Below, one piece after another: positions 1 to 7,882 of a DNA stretch of 64,000 nt. The notes beneath the pieces were generated by a model. It searched no databases and was not told where the DNA came from. It saw nothing but the letters and a program-made list of their open reading frames with translations. The stretch's first letter is position 1. Each line of letters opens with the position of its first letter. The stretch covers positions 881 through 64,880 of the forward strand of contig JANNCT010000041.1 of the NCBI GenBank assembly GCA_031386895.1, given 5' to 3'. Both the position numbers and the translations under genes were made by a program. This stretch comes from Polaromonas sp. Its GTDB lineage: Bacteria > Pseudomonadota > Gammaproteobacteria > Burkholderiales > Burkholderiaceae_C.

Positions 1-1181
1 GCTGCGCAGGGCGTTGAAATGAAAAGTGTAAAGCTTGCCGGTAACGGGGGCAGCGGCCAGTTGCAGCTCGGAGAGTGACGCAACGTGGTGGAAGAAAGGC
101 GTGTCCTCGGTGGCGCGCAGCGTGTACCGTTGATCGAATTAATCGTGGCTCCAAGATCTCCAGCCACTTGCTTTTGATATCTGTCAGTTTGGAAAAGCTG
201 AAAGACAAAGTTCGGTGTGTAGGCACGGAAAACCGTCATAAATGCACCATGTGTGCATAACGGCATGCCCTGCGGTATCAGAGCGCATTTGCCAATCAAT
301 GCTTTTGAACCGTTTCGGACACAAATCAGTATGTCCGCGGGCTGAGATAAGTTCGCCCCTTTGATGGCTTGGTCCACATAAACACAGTCATCAAGCGCAA
401 TTTCGCTATTTTGGACGTTCGATGAACGCAACACCAACAACCCAGACCCACGCACATCATCTGGGCTGTATGTGAGCCCAGAGACAAGTTTTCCCAACTT
501 CCCTAGGCGGGTCTCCTCCCACTCCCCCGCCTCCCGAAACTCAGGAAACCGCAGTCGCGGTTGGGTTTTGCCTTCGCGGGGGAAAAGCTGCTGCATCAGC
601 CCTTTTTTATGGGTCTTGAGCGCGTCCACTTTGCGGGCTTGCGCGGCGATCAGTTCGTCCAAGGAACTCAGACAATCGGCGATTTTTTGTTGTTCTTCAG
701 ATGCTGGAACGGGGATTTGCAATTCTGAAAACTGCTTGTAGCTGATCATTTTTCCGTCACGCAAACCTTCAAGGTTTTTCGTGAGGATTTGAATGAATCT
801 GTCAGTCTTCAGGTAGTGTCTGAAATAAGTATCGCTTCCGCCACCACGCCGACGCAACACAACATACGCTGGACTGCATATGCCTTGGTACTGCGAATAC
901 TCAATGCCACCTTGAAACGAACGCAGACTGATGATGAAGTCTCCGACTTGAACAACTTTGTAGCTCTCGATGCTCTTCTCTGTCACCGAGACGTGGTAGT
1001 CGATCATGTGCCGGGGGATCGCCCCGTGTTCTTGCGTGATTGCCAACACGGGAAGTCCAGGTTCGGGCTTCTTGTCGCTAATCTGGTCAAACAAGTCAGC
1101 TCCGAACTGCTTTTGCCAACCCGCGGCCCCCCGAAACTCCGGAAACCGCAGCTTGGGCACCAAAGCATTCCCCTCACTCAT
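1..1181 (-). CDS. hsdS: Type I restriction-modification specificity subunit HsdS, partial (3' end leaves the window)
   Basis: Absent from the ORF track because there is no stop in the window. My translation from the ATG at 1181 gives MSEGNALVPKLRFPEFRGAAGW..., then TRD1. Next come the central conserved helix EEQQKIADCLSSLDELIAAQARKVDALKTHKKGLMQQLF, a second LRFPEFR and TRD2 (LRSSNVQNSEI..RNGSKALIGKCALI..GAFMTVFR). The start overlaps the upstream stop (ATGAGTGA). Confidence 0.8.
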   Translation of the reverse strand, partial: MSEGNALVPKLRFPEFRGAAGWQKQFGADLFDQISDKKPEPGLPVLAITQEHGAIPRHMIDYHVSVTEKSIESYKVVQVGDFIISLRSFQGGIEYSQYQGICSPAYVVLRRRGGGSDTYFRHYLKTDRFIQILTKNLEGLRDGKMISYKQFSELQIPVPASEEQQKIADCLSSLDELIAAQARKVDALKTHKKGLMQQLFPREGKTQPRLRFPEFREAGEWEETRLGKLGKLVSGLTYSPDDVRGSGLLVLRSSNVQNSEIALDDCVYVDQAIKGANLSQPADILICVRNGSKALIGKCALIPQGMPLCTHGAFMTVFRAYTPNFVFQLFQTDRYQKQVAGDLGATINSINGTRCAPPRTRLSSTTLRHSPSCNWPLPPLPASFTLFISTPCA

Positions 1182-2184
1182 TGCCCACCCCTTCATGCCG
1201 CACGAGCAACTCATGCAATTTGGCGGCAATCAATTTTTTATCAGGCAGTTGCAATTGATATTGCGCCACCAGCGCGGGTGAGAGGTTGCGCGAGAGGGCG
1301 TATTCCACCACCTCGTCATCTTTGTCGCGGCACAGCAACACGCCGATGCTGGGGTTTTCGTGCGGCTTCTTTACGTCGCGGTCTAGCGCCTCAAGGTAGA
1401 AATTGAGCTGACCCATGTGCTCGGGCTTGAACTGGCCCACTTTCAGCTCAAAGGCCACCAGCGCAGACAGGCCCCGGTGGTAGAACAGCAGATCAATATA
1501 GAAATCCTGATTGCCCACCTGCAGGCGGTGCTGCTCGCTCACAAACAGAAAGTCTTTGCCCGGCTCCAGTACAAAGGCTTTCATGTGCTGCACCATGGCG
1601 CATTGCAGGTCGTTTTCGCTATGCGGCTCGGGCAGCCCCAGAAATTCCAGTATGTAGTGGTCTTTGAACACGCCGCCTATGTCGGGATGCAAAACTCTCG
1701 CCGCTGGCGAGAGTTTTGCGGACTGGCTGATGCGCTCAAAAGTTGCTGCATCAATTTGCCGCTCCAGCTCGCGCTTGCCCAGTTTTTCAGCAATGGTTTG
1801 GTGTAAGTAGTACTTGCGTTCGGTCGGGCTTTTGCAGCGCGAAAAAATGATGACGTTGTGCGTCCAGGGTAATTCTCTCGCCAGTGGCGCGAGTTCTTCG
1901 TCGCCCTGATAGGTCTCATAAAACTGCTTCATACGCCACAGGTTTTTGTCACTGAAGCCTTTAAGGCCGGGGTCGGCCTGAGCAATGTAGCGCGCCAGCT
2001 CTGCCACCACGCCCTTGCCCCAGCCTGCTTGCTCCACCCGCTGGCTGATGATGCCACCGACGTGCCAGTACAGGGTTATGAGGCTGGTGTTGGCCTGTGC
2101 AAAGACCCGCTGCCGCGTTTGCTGAATGTGCCCCAGCACCTCAGCAAAGTCTGGGTGATAGACCGGTACAGGCTTATTGCTCAT
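1174..2184 (-). CDS. DUF1016 / YhcG-like PD-(D/E)xK nuclease-fold protein embedded in the type I R-M operon
   Basis: 336-aa ORF. Motifs are YWHVGGII, NLWRMKQFYETY, and the C-terminal nuclease-like core DFYIDLLFYHRGLSALVAFELKVGQFKPEHMGQLNFYL. It overlaps hsdR by 11 nt and hsdS by 8 nt. Confidence 0.75.
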   Translation of the reverse strand: MSNKPVPVYHPDFAEVLGHIQQTRQRVFAQANTSLITLYWHVGGIISQRVEQAGWGKGVVAELARYIAQADPGLKGFSDKNLWRMKQFYETYQGDEELAPLARELPWTHNVIIFSRCKSPTERKYYLHQTIAEKLGKRELERQIDAATFERISQSAKLSPAARVLHPDIGGVFKDHYILEFLGLPEPHSENDLQCAMVQHMKAFVLEPGKDFLFVSEQHRLQVGNQDFYIDLLFYHRGLSALVAFELKVGQFKPEHMGQLNFYLEALDRDVKKPHENPSIGVLLCRDKDDEVVEYALSRNLSPALVAQYQLQLPDKKLIAAKLHELLVRHEGVGNE

Positions 2185-5100
2185 ACGCGCTCAGGCCAGA
2201 AATGTCGCGGCCTTGAGCGCGTTTGGTCAGCAATGGCGCCAGCTCTCTCATCAAAGCCAATTCTGCCTCGGCTCTAAGCTTCCAGCCCAAGTCCAGCGGA
2301 GCCATCAGGTCGCTCAAGACTTCTCCATCAAAAATCATGCGCTGCAAGATGCTATCAACAAAGGTTTGCAAGGCGGCCGGGGCTAGTTGGTGGCGCGTAG
2401 CAATTTCGGCCAGCACCGTGCTATCTTTTTCTTTCTTGAACCGGGTGTAGCCCTCGCGGATAGCGACTTCGCTCAAGCCTTCACCTGCCTTCAGGGTGTT
2501 GATGTACGCAGCAATGTCGTCGCGCTCGTCCATGAACTTGGCATCGGCCAGGATCAGCCCGATCAGCTCGTCCTTGGTCATCTTCTGTTTGCCAGTGCCT
2601 TGGGAGTAACGGGACATCAGGCCCATGATGTAGTCGTAGTCGATCACCGCGCTAGCGAAAAGCACAAACTCAAAGTCGAGCTGGTCTACAGCGGCTGCGT
2701 CAGCGCCTTTGATATCTGCGCCTTTGTCCTGCTGGGCTTGTTGGTGCTTGAGGCGCTGGGCTGTCTCCAGGTACGCACCTCGAAAGCCTTGCAAATTTTC
2801 TGCGGGCAAGATGTGTTCAATGGCCGTAGCGTTGTCTTCTGTCAGGTCGGTGTACTGGTCAAGCTGGGTTTTAAGCCGCTGCACTTCTTTAAAGTTTTTG
2901 ATGAAGGCAGCGCGCGCGTCGTCACCCTTAAGGCTGTGCACGGCATCGGGCGTGCAGGTCAGGCCCTGGCTTTGCATGAAGTCGGCCAGCACGGTGACGG
3001 CTGCGTCCAGCTTTTGGATAACTACTGGGGCTTGGTCTACCAGCCAGATTTTGCGAGCCTCTTCGCCCGACTTTTCGCCTGAGAACAGGGCAATGGCGGC
3101 ATCCACGTTGGTTTGTTGCTGGCGAAAGTCCAGAATGTTTCCATAAGGCTTGGTGCCGTTGAGCACGCGGTTAGTGCGCGAGAACGCCTGTATCAAGCCG
3201 TGGTACTTGAGGTTTTTGTCTACGTACAAGGTATTCAGGTATTTGCTGTCAAAGCCGGTGAGCAGCATGTCCACCACGATCGTGATGTCGACTTTCTTAG
3301 CGGCGGGGTAGTCGGCATTGGGCCACTGCTGGTCTTTGATGCGCTTTTGCACGTCTTGGTAGTACAGGTCGAACTCATTGATGCTGTGGTTGGTGCCGTA
3401 GCGCGTGTTGTAGCTGGCCAAGATGGCTTTGAGGGCAGCCTTTTTGCCCTCGGGGTCTTGCTGGTTGTCCTGCTTTTCTTGCGGCAGGTCTTCTTGAATC
3501 TGCTTCACATCGGCATCGCCATCGGCTGGTGGCGAGAACACGCAGGCGATATTGAGCGGCACAAAGTCAGGGTTGGCTTCTTGTCTGGCTTGCTGCAGTT
3601 CGGCAAATAGCCTGTGGTATTCGATGGCGTCGTTGATGCTGGCAGTGGCCAGCACGGCGTTAAAGCGGCGGTTGGCCGTGGCCGTGTTGTGTTTGGCCAG
3701 AATGGCCTCGATCACCGCCCGTTTAGCCAGCGCCTCACCGGGCTTGGGCTGGGCAGATTTGGTGCCTTGCCCCTCGGGCTTGTAGTAGTCCACATGGAAC
3801 CGCAGCACGTTGGCGTCTTCAATGGCGTGGGTGATGGTGTAGGCGTGTAGCTGCTTTTGAAAGATGTCTTGCGTAGTACGCAACTGGCCTTCCTCACCCT
3901 CAAACTGCTTGACCGTGGCGTTCTTCTCAAAAATCGGCGTACCGGTAAAGCCAAAGAGCTGAGCCTTAGGAAAAAAGTTTTTGATGGCGTCGTGGTTGTC
4001 GCCGAATTGGGAGCGGTGACATTCGTCAAAGATGAAGACGATGCGCTTGTCGCTTAGCGGTGCCAGTTGCTCTTTGAAGGTGGCCCTGCCGTCTTTCCTT
4101 TGCTGTTTATTGCGCTTGCTGTTTTCGTCCAGCGCCAAGCCCAGCTTTTGAATGGTGGTGACGATCACCTTGTCGGCATAGTCGTCAGACAGCAGGCGGC
4201 GCACAAGCGTGGCGGTGTTGGTGTTTTCCTCCACGCAGCCTTCTTGGAAGCGGTTGAATTCCTCACGGGTCTGGCGGTCAAGGTCTTTGCGGTCCACCAC
4301 AAAGAGGCACTTTTCAATGTCGGGGTTGTCTTTGAGCAGCGTGGATGCTTTGAAAGACGTAAGCGTCTTGCCGCTGCCGGTGGTGTGCCAGATGTAGCCA
4401 TTGCCGCAGTTTTGGTGGATGCAGTCCACGATTTGCTTTACCGCATACACCTGGTACGGCCGCATCATCAAAAGCTTTTGCTCGCTGGCCACCAGCACCA
4501 TGTAGCGGCTGATAGTTTCGCCCAAGGTGCATTTGGCCAAAAACTTGTCAGCAAACTCGTCAAGCTGGCTGATCTTGTTATTGGTCTCGTCCGCAAACTG
4601 GTAGATGGGCAAAAAGCGCTCGTCCGCATTGAACGCAAAGTGCCGCGCATTGTTGTTGGCGAAGTAGTAGGTATTGGTACGGTTGCTGACGATGAACAAC
4701 TGCAAAAAGCTCAGCAACGTTTTGGTGTAACCGTTACCAGGGTCGTTTTTGTAGTCAACGATTTGCTCCATGGCGCGGCGCGGGTTGATGCCCAGCGTTT
4801 TCAGCTCGATCTGCACGCATGGCACGCCGTTGATGAGGATGAGCACGTCATATCGGTGGTGGCTGTAGTCGGTGTTGATGCGCAGCTGGTTGACCACCTC
4901 GAAGGTGTTTTTGCACCAGTCTTTGATGTTGACCAGCGTGTAATTGAGTGGCGTGCCGTCTTCGCGCGTGAATGAATTGATAGTGCGCAGGGTCTTGGCT
5001 GCGGTGAATACGTCGGGCGTGACGATTTCATCGAGCAGGCGGGCGAACTCTCCGTCGGACAGCTTGACGCGGTTCAGCGCCTCAAACTTCTCGCGGAAGT

Positions 5101-5254
5101 TCTGCTCGAGCGAAGCTCGGTCACGAATGTCATCGCGGTATTCGTATTTGAGGCGTTGAAGTTTGCCGATGAAGCCGTATTCGATCTGCTCCTCCCGCAC
5201 GACATGCTTTGTGGCTTCAGGCCGCGGGGGATAGTTGAACGGGGGTGAAGACAT
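2174..5254 (-). CDS. hsdR: Type I restriction enzyme R subunit HsdR (EcoR124-like, family IC-like length and C-terminus)
   Basis: 1026-aa ORF. It has an N-terminal PD-(D/E)xK region (DVLILINGVPCVQIELK) and SF2 helicase motifs HTTGSGKTLT, FDECHRSQ and FTGTPI, plus QAFSRTNR. Confidence 0.9.
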   Translation of the reverse strand: MSSPPFNYPPRPEATKHVVREEQIEYGFIGKLQRLKYEYRDDIRDRASLEQNFREKFEALNRVKLSDGEFARLLDEIVTPDVFTAAKTLRTINSFTREDGTPLNYTLVNIKDWCKNTFEVVNQLRINTDYSHHRYDVLILINGVPCVQIELKTLGINPRRAMEQIVDYKNDPGNGYTKTLLSFLQLFIVSNRTNTYYFANNNARHFAFNADERFLPIYQFADETNNKISQLDEFADKFLAKCTLGETISRYMVLVASEQKLLMMRPYQVYAVKQIVDCIHQNCGNGYIWHTTGSGKTLTSFKASTLLKDNPDIEKCLFVVDRKDLDRQTREEFNRFQEGCVEENTNTATLVRRLLSDDYADKVIVTTIQKLGLALDENSKRNKQQRKDGRATFKEQLAPLSDKRIVFIFDECHRSQFGDNHDAIKNFFPKAQLFGFTGTPIFEKNATVKQFEGEEGQLRTTQDIFQKQLHAYTITHAIEDANVLRFHVDYYKPEGQGTKSAQPKPGEALAKRAVIEAILAKHNTATANRRFNAVLATASINDAIEYHRLFAELQQARQEANPDFVPLNIACVFSPPADGDADVKQIQEDLPQEKQDNQQDPEGKKAALKAILASYNTRYGTNHSINEFDLYYQDVQKRIKDQQWPNADYPAAKKVDITIVVDMLLTGFDSKYLNTLYVDKNLKYHGLIQAFSRTNRVLNGTKPYGNILDFRQQQTNVDAAIALFSGEKSGEEARKIWLVDQAPVVIQKLDAAVTVLADFMQSQGLTCTPDAVHSLKGDDARAAFIKNFKEVQRLKTQLDQYTDLTEDNATAIEHILPAENLQGFRGAYLETAQRLKHQQAQQDKGADIKGADAAAVDQLDFEFVLFASAVIDYDYIMGLMSRYSQGTGKQKMTKDELIGLILADAKFMDERDDIAAYINTLKAGEGLSEVAIREGYTRFKKEKDSTVLAEIATRHQLAPAALQTFVDSILQRMIFDGEVLSDLMAPLDLGWKLRAEAELALMRELAPLLTKRAQGRDISGLSAYEQ

Positions 5255-5382
5255 AGGTGACGGTTAACGTGTCGAATAGAGTTTTCGACTGGATTGAAGT
5301 AATTCGCCCTATCGTACCCACGTTTGTGACCGTTAGCCTTTGATTCCAGCACGGCACCTGCGCATATTCTCTGGCCGCAAAG

Positions 5383-5416
5383 AAAAAAACCCGAGCTAGG
5401 AAAGCTAGGGTTTTTA
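5383..5416 (-). terminator. Rho-independent terminator after lpdA (A-tract / hairpin / T-tract, potentially bidirectional)
   Basis: aaaaaaacccgagct-aggaa-agctagggttttt lies between the lpdA stop (5436) and the hsdR start (5254). Confidence 0.6.
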
Positions 5417-5435
5417 TTGGGAATCGGATGCTGTT

Positions 5436-7295
5436 TTACCGCTTCACAGGCGGCAAGTCCGTACAACTTCCATGCGCGACCTCAGCCGCCATTCCAATCG
5501 ATTCCCCAAGCGTGGGGTGTGGGTGAATCGTTTTGCCGATGTCGATTGCATCAGCACCCATTTCAATAGCCAACGCAATCTCACCAATCATGTCGCCCGC
5601 ATGGGTGCCGACCATGCCGCCGCCCAGTATTTTGCCGTGGCCGTGTGCCTCGGGGCTGTCATCAAACAGCAGTTTGGTGACGCCTTCGTCCCGGCCGTTG
5701 GCAATGGCGCGGCCTGATGCTGTCCAGGGGAACAGGCCTTTTTTGATCTTGATGCCTTTTGCCTTGGCCTCGTCTTCCGTCAGGCCGACCCATGCGACTT
5801 CGGGGTCGGTGTAGGCGACGCTTGGGATGACTCTGGCGTTGAAGGCGGCGCTGGCGAGTTCTTTGTTGCCTTGCAGTTCGCCTGCGATGACTTCAGCGGC
5901 GACATGCCCTTCATGCACCGCCTTGTGCGCGAGCATGGGCTGACCAATGATGTCGCCGATGGCGAAGATGTGGGACACGTTGGTGCGCATCTGGATATCG
6001 ACGTTGATGAAGCCGCGGTCTGTGACGGCTACGCCTGCCTTTTCAGCGGCGAGCTTTTTGCCGTTGGGGGTGCGGCCTACGGCTTGCAGTACCAGGTCGT
6101 AGGTTTGTGGCTCTGGTGCCGCAACGCTTGCGTTGCCTCCAGCTTCGCCCGGCTCAGAGCTTTCAAACGTAACTTCGATACCAGCGGGCTTCGCCTTGGC
6201 ACCCACCGTTTTGGTTTTCAGCATGATGTTGTCAAAACGCGGCGCGTTCATCTTTTGCCAGATTTTGACCAGGTCGCGGTCAGCGCCTTGCATCAGGCCG
6301 TCCATCATTTCCACCACGTCCAGCCGTGCGCCCAGCGTGCTGTAGACCGTGCCCATTTCCAGACCGATGATGCCGCCGCCCAGAATCAACATGCGCTTGG
6401 GCACTTCTTTCAAGCCCAATGCGCCGGTGGAATCGACCACGCGCGGGTCGTCGGGCATGAAGGGCAAGCGTACAGCCTGGCTGCCTGCGGCGATGATGCA
6501 GTTTTTAAACGCAATAGTCTGGCTTTTTCCAGTTTTTTCCTGACCCTGCGCACCACTGGTTTCTTCAACCCGCAAATGGTTTGCCCCCACGAATTGGCCG
6601 ACACCGCGCACCACAGTTACCTTGCGCATTTTGGCCATCGCTGCCAGGCCGCCGGTGAGCTTGCCGATAACCTTGTCTTTGTGGCTGCGCAGCATGTCGA
6701 TGTTGACTTTGGGCGGGCCAAACTCAATGCCCAATGCGCCCAGGTGGCTGACTTCGTCCATCACTGCTGCTACGTGCAGCAATGCTTTCGACGGGATGCA
6801 GCCGACGTTCAGGCACACACCGCCCAGCGCGGCGTAACGCTCAACCAAAATGACTTTCAACCCTAGATCCGCCGCGCGGAAAGCAGCGCTGTAGCCGCCT
6901 GGGCCTGCGCCGAGTACCAGCAGGTCGCAGTCCAGATCGGCTGTGCCTGCGAAGCTGTTTGCAACTGGTGTTTTTGTAGCAACAGATGCTACTATTTCAG
7001 GAGCTGCTTGCGCCCGTATCTGTTGGGCTACAGGCTCTTTTGGCACCATATTAACGCCGGATTCAGCACTTTCAACACTTAAAACGACAGATCCTTGTTT
7101 GACCTTGTCGCCCAGCTTGACGTTGATCGACTTGACCACGCCCGCACTTGACGACGGAATTTCCATCGACGCTTTGTCGCTTTCAACGGTCAGCAAACTC
7201 TGGTCAACCTTGATGGTGTCGCCGACTTTCACCAGCAGTTCAATCACAGTGACTTCGTCAAAATCGCCAATATCGGGCACTTTAATTTCGAGCAT
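5436..7295 (-). CDS. lpdA: Dihydrolipoyl dehydrogenase (E3) with N-terminal lipoyl domain
   Basis: 619 aa. The N-terminal lipoyl domain carries [12 protein letters not shown]. Then come the FAD site [10 protein letters not shown], the redox disulfide [13 protein letters not shown] and the C-terminal HPHPTLGE. Confidence 0.95.
   Translation of the reverse strand: MLEIKVPDIGDFDEVTVIELLVKVGDTIKVDQSLLTVESDKASMEIPSSSAGVVKSINVKLGDKVKQGSVVLSVESAESGVNMVPKEPVAQQIRAQAAPEIVASVATKTPVANSFAGTADLDCDLLVLGAGPGGYSAAFRAADLGLKVILVERYAALGGVCLNVGCIPSKALLHVAAVMDEVSHLGALGIEFGPPKVNIDMLRSHKDKVIGKLTGGLAAMAKMRKVTVVRGVGQFVGANHLRVEETSGAQGQEKTGKSQTIAFKNCIIAAGSQAVRLPFMPDDPRVVDSTGALGLKEVPKRMLILGGGIIGLEMGTVYSTLGARLDVVEMMDGLMQGADRDLVKIWQKMNAPRFDNIMLKTKTVGAKAKPAGIEVTFESSEPGEAGGNASVAAPEPQTYDLVLQAVGRTPNGKKLAAEKAGVAVTDRGFINVDIQMRTNVSHIFAIGDIIGQPMLAHKAVHEGHVAAEVIAGELQGNKELASAAFNARVIPSVAYTDPEVAWVGLTEDEAKAKGIKIKKGLFPWTASGRAIANGRDEGVTKLLFDDSPEAHGHGKILGGGMVGTHAGDMIGEIALAIEMGADAIDIGKTIHPHPTLGESIGMAAEVAHGSCTDLPPVKR
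6989..7035 (+). repeat. 47-bp dispersed repeat, copy A (perfect 18-nt core), in frame in the lpdA lipoyl-domain linker
   Basis: ctactatttcagg AGCTGCTTGCGCCCGTAT ctgttgggctacaggc. Read on the minus strand as [16 protein letters not shown]. Confidence 0.9.
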
Positions 7296-7297
7296 GA

Positions 7298-7882
7298 CTA
7301 CACCTTCAGTTTCACTGAGTAAATATCGATTGGCCCGCCAGAGTTTTTGTCAAACTCGCAGCCTGCGTGCATGCCGGCCATGGCAACTTCTTTGGCGGTT
7401 TTGGATTTACCCCAAGCAGCATGCATGGCGCCCAGCGCAAAGCCGCGCCCTGTGCCGATACCCCAAAATTCCTTGAATTCAAAAATTTCGCGGTAACTGT
7501 ACAAGCCGTAAATTCCACTGGCATTGGCTATCAGCACAGTAAACTGCATCGACTCATACGGGTCGTTGTCGTCTTCTTTGGTTTGCAGAAAAAAGTTGTC
7601 TTTCAGCAGCGGGTGCAGCTTTAAAAACGTATCAAACACCTCGTCTTTGGAACCCAGCTTCAAATCTTCTTTGGGCAACGCCGTGATAGCCTTGCGCAGA
7701 GCCGGAAAGTGCGCCACGGTGCCCGCCATACCAATGTGGCTGATGCCTTGCGGGCCAGTGACCTTGAAGATTTTGCTGTTGGCTTCGAAGCGGTGCGGCA
7801 AGCGCGTATCACCAAACGTGACCATGGTGTCTGCGGCCATCACGACCTGGCCAGATTTGCGCACAACGACTACTGTGGTCAT
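7298..7882 (-). CDS. HslV-like proteasome-type Ntn hydrolase (BPH-type; no HslU partner nearby)
   Basis: 194 aa. The N-terminus [26 protein letters not shown] parallels E. coli HslV [26 protein letters not shown] (recalled from memory), with the Thr nucleophile right after Met. There is also a [15 protein letters not shown] glycine loop. The ATGA overlaps the aceF stop, and lpdA starts 2 nt after this gene ends. Confidence 0.7.
   Translation of the reverse strand: MTTVVVVRKSGQVVMAADTMVTFGDTRLPHRFEANSKIFKVTGPQGISHIGMAGTVAHFPALRKAITALPKEDLKLGSKDEVFDTFLKLHPLLKDNFFLQTKEDDNDPYESMQFTVLIANASGIYGLYSYREIFEFKEFWGIGTGRGFALGAMHAAWGKSKTAKEVAMAGMHAGCEFDKNSGGPIDIYSVKLKV

Noticed and set aside
1225-1275. 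A possible degenerate copy of the 47-bp repeat inside the DUF1016 gene (ttttttatcaggcagttgcaattgatattgcgccaccagc).
   Set aside because: Only the arms resemble the consensus. The GCGCCCGTAT part of the core is missing and the alignment needs a gap. It cannot be distinguished from chance.
4067-4975. A long plus-strand ORF (302 aa) opposite hsdR. Similar long antisense ORFs occur at 5871..6866 (opposite lpdA), 20085..20900 (opposite carB), 43427..44446 (opposite rnr), 53359..54096 and 54115..54774 (opposite gcl), and 57102..57755.
   Set aside because: These are Arg/Ala/His/Gly-rich low-complexity translations with no recognisable motifs. Each lies fully inside a strongly supported gene on the other strand. 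This is the typical shadow-ORF pattern in GC-rich DNA.
5255-5435. The junction between the pdh operon and the R-M locus, examined for attachment-site repeats or a mobile-element end.
   Set aside because: Only the lpdA terminator and an unremarkable hsdR upstream region are visible. Any island boundary signal would need the left flank outside the window.
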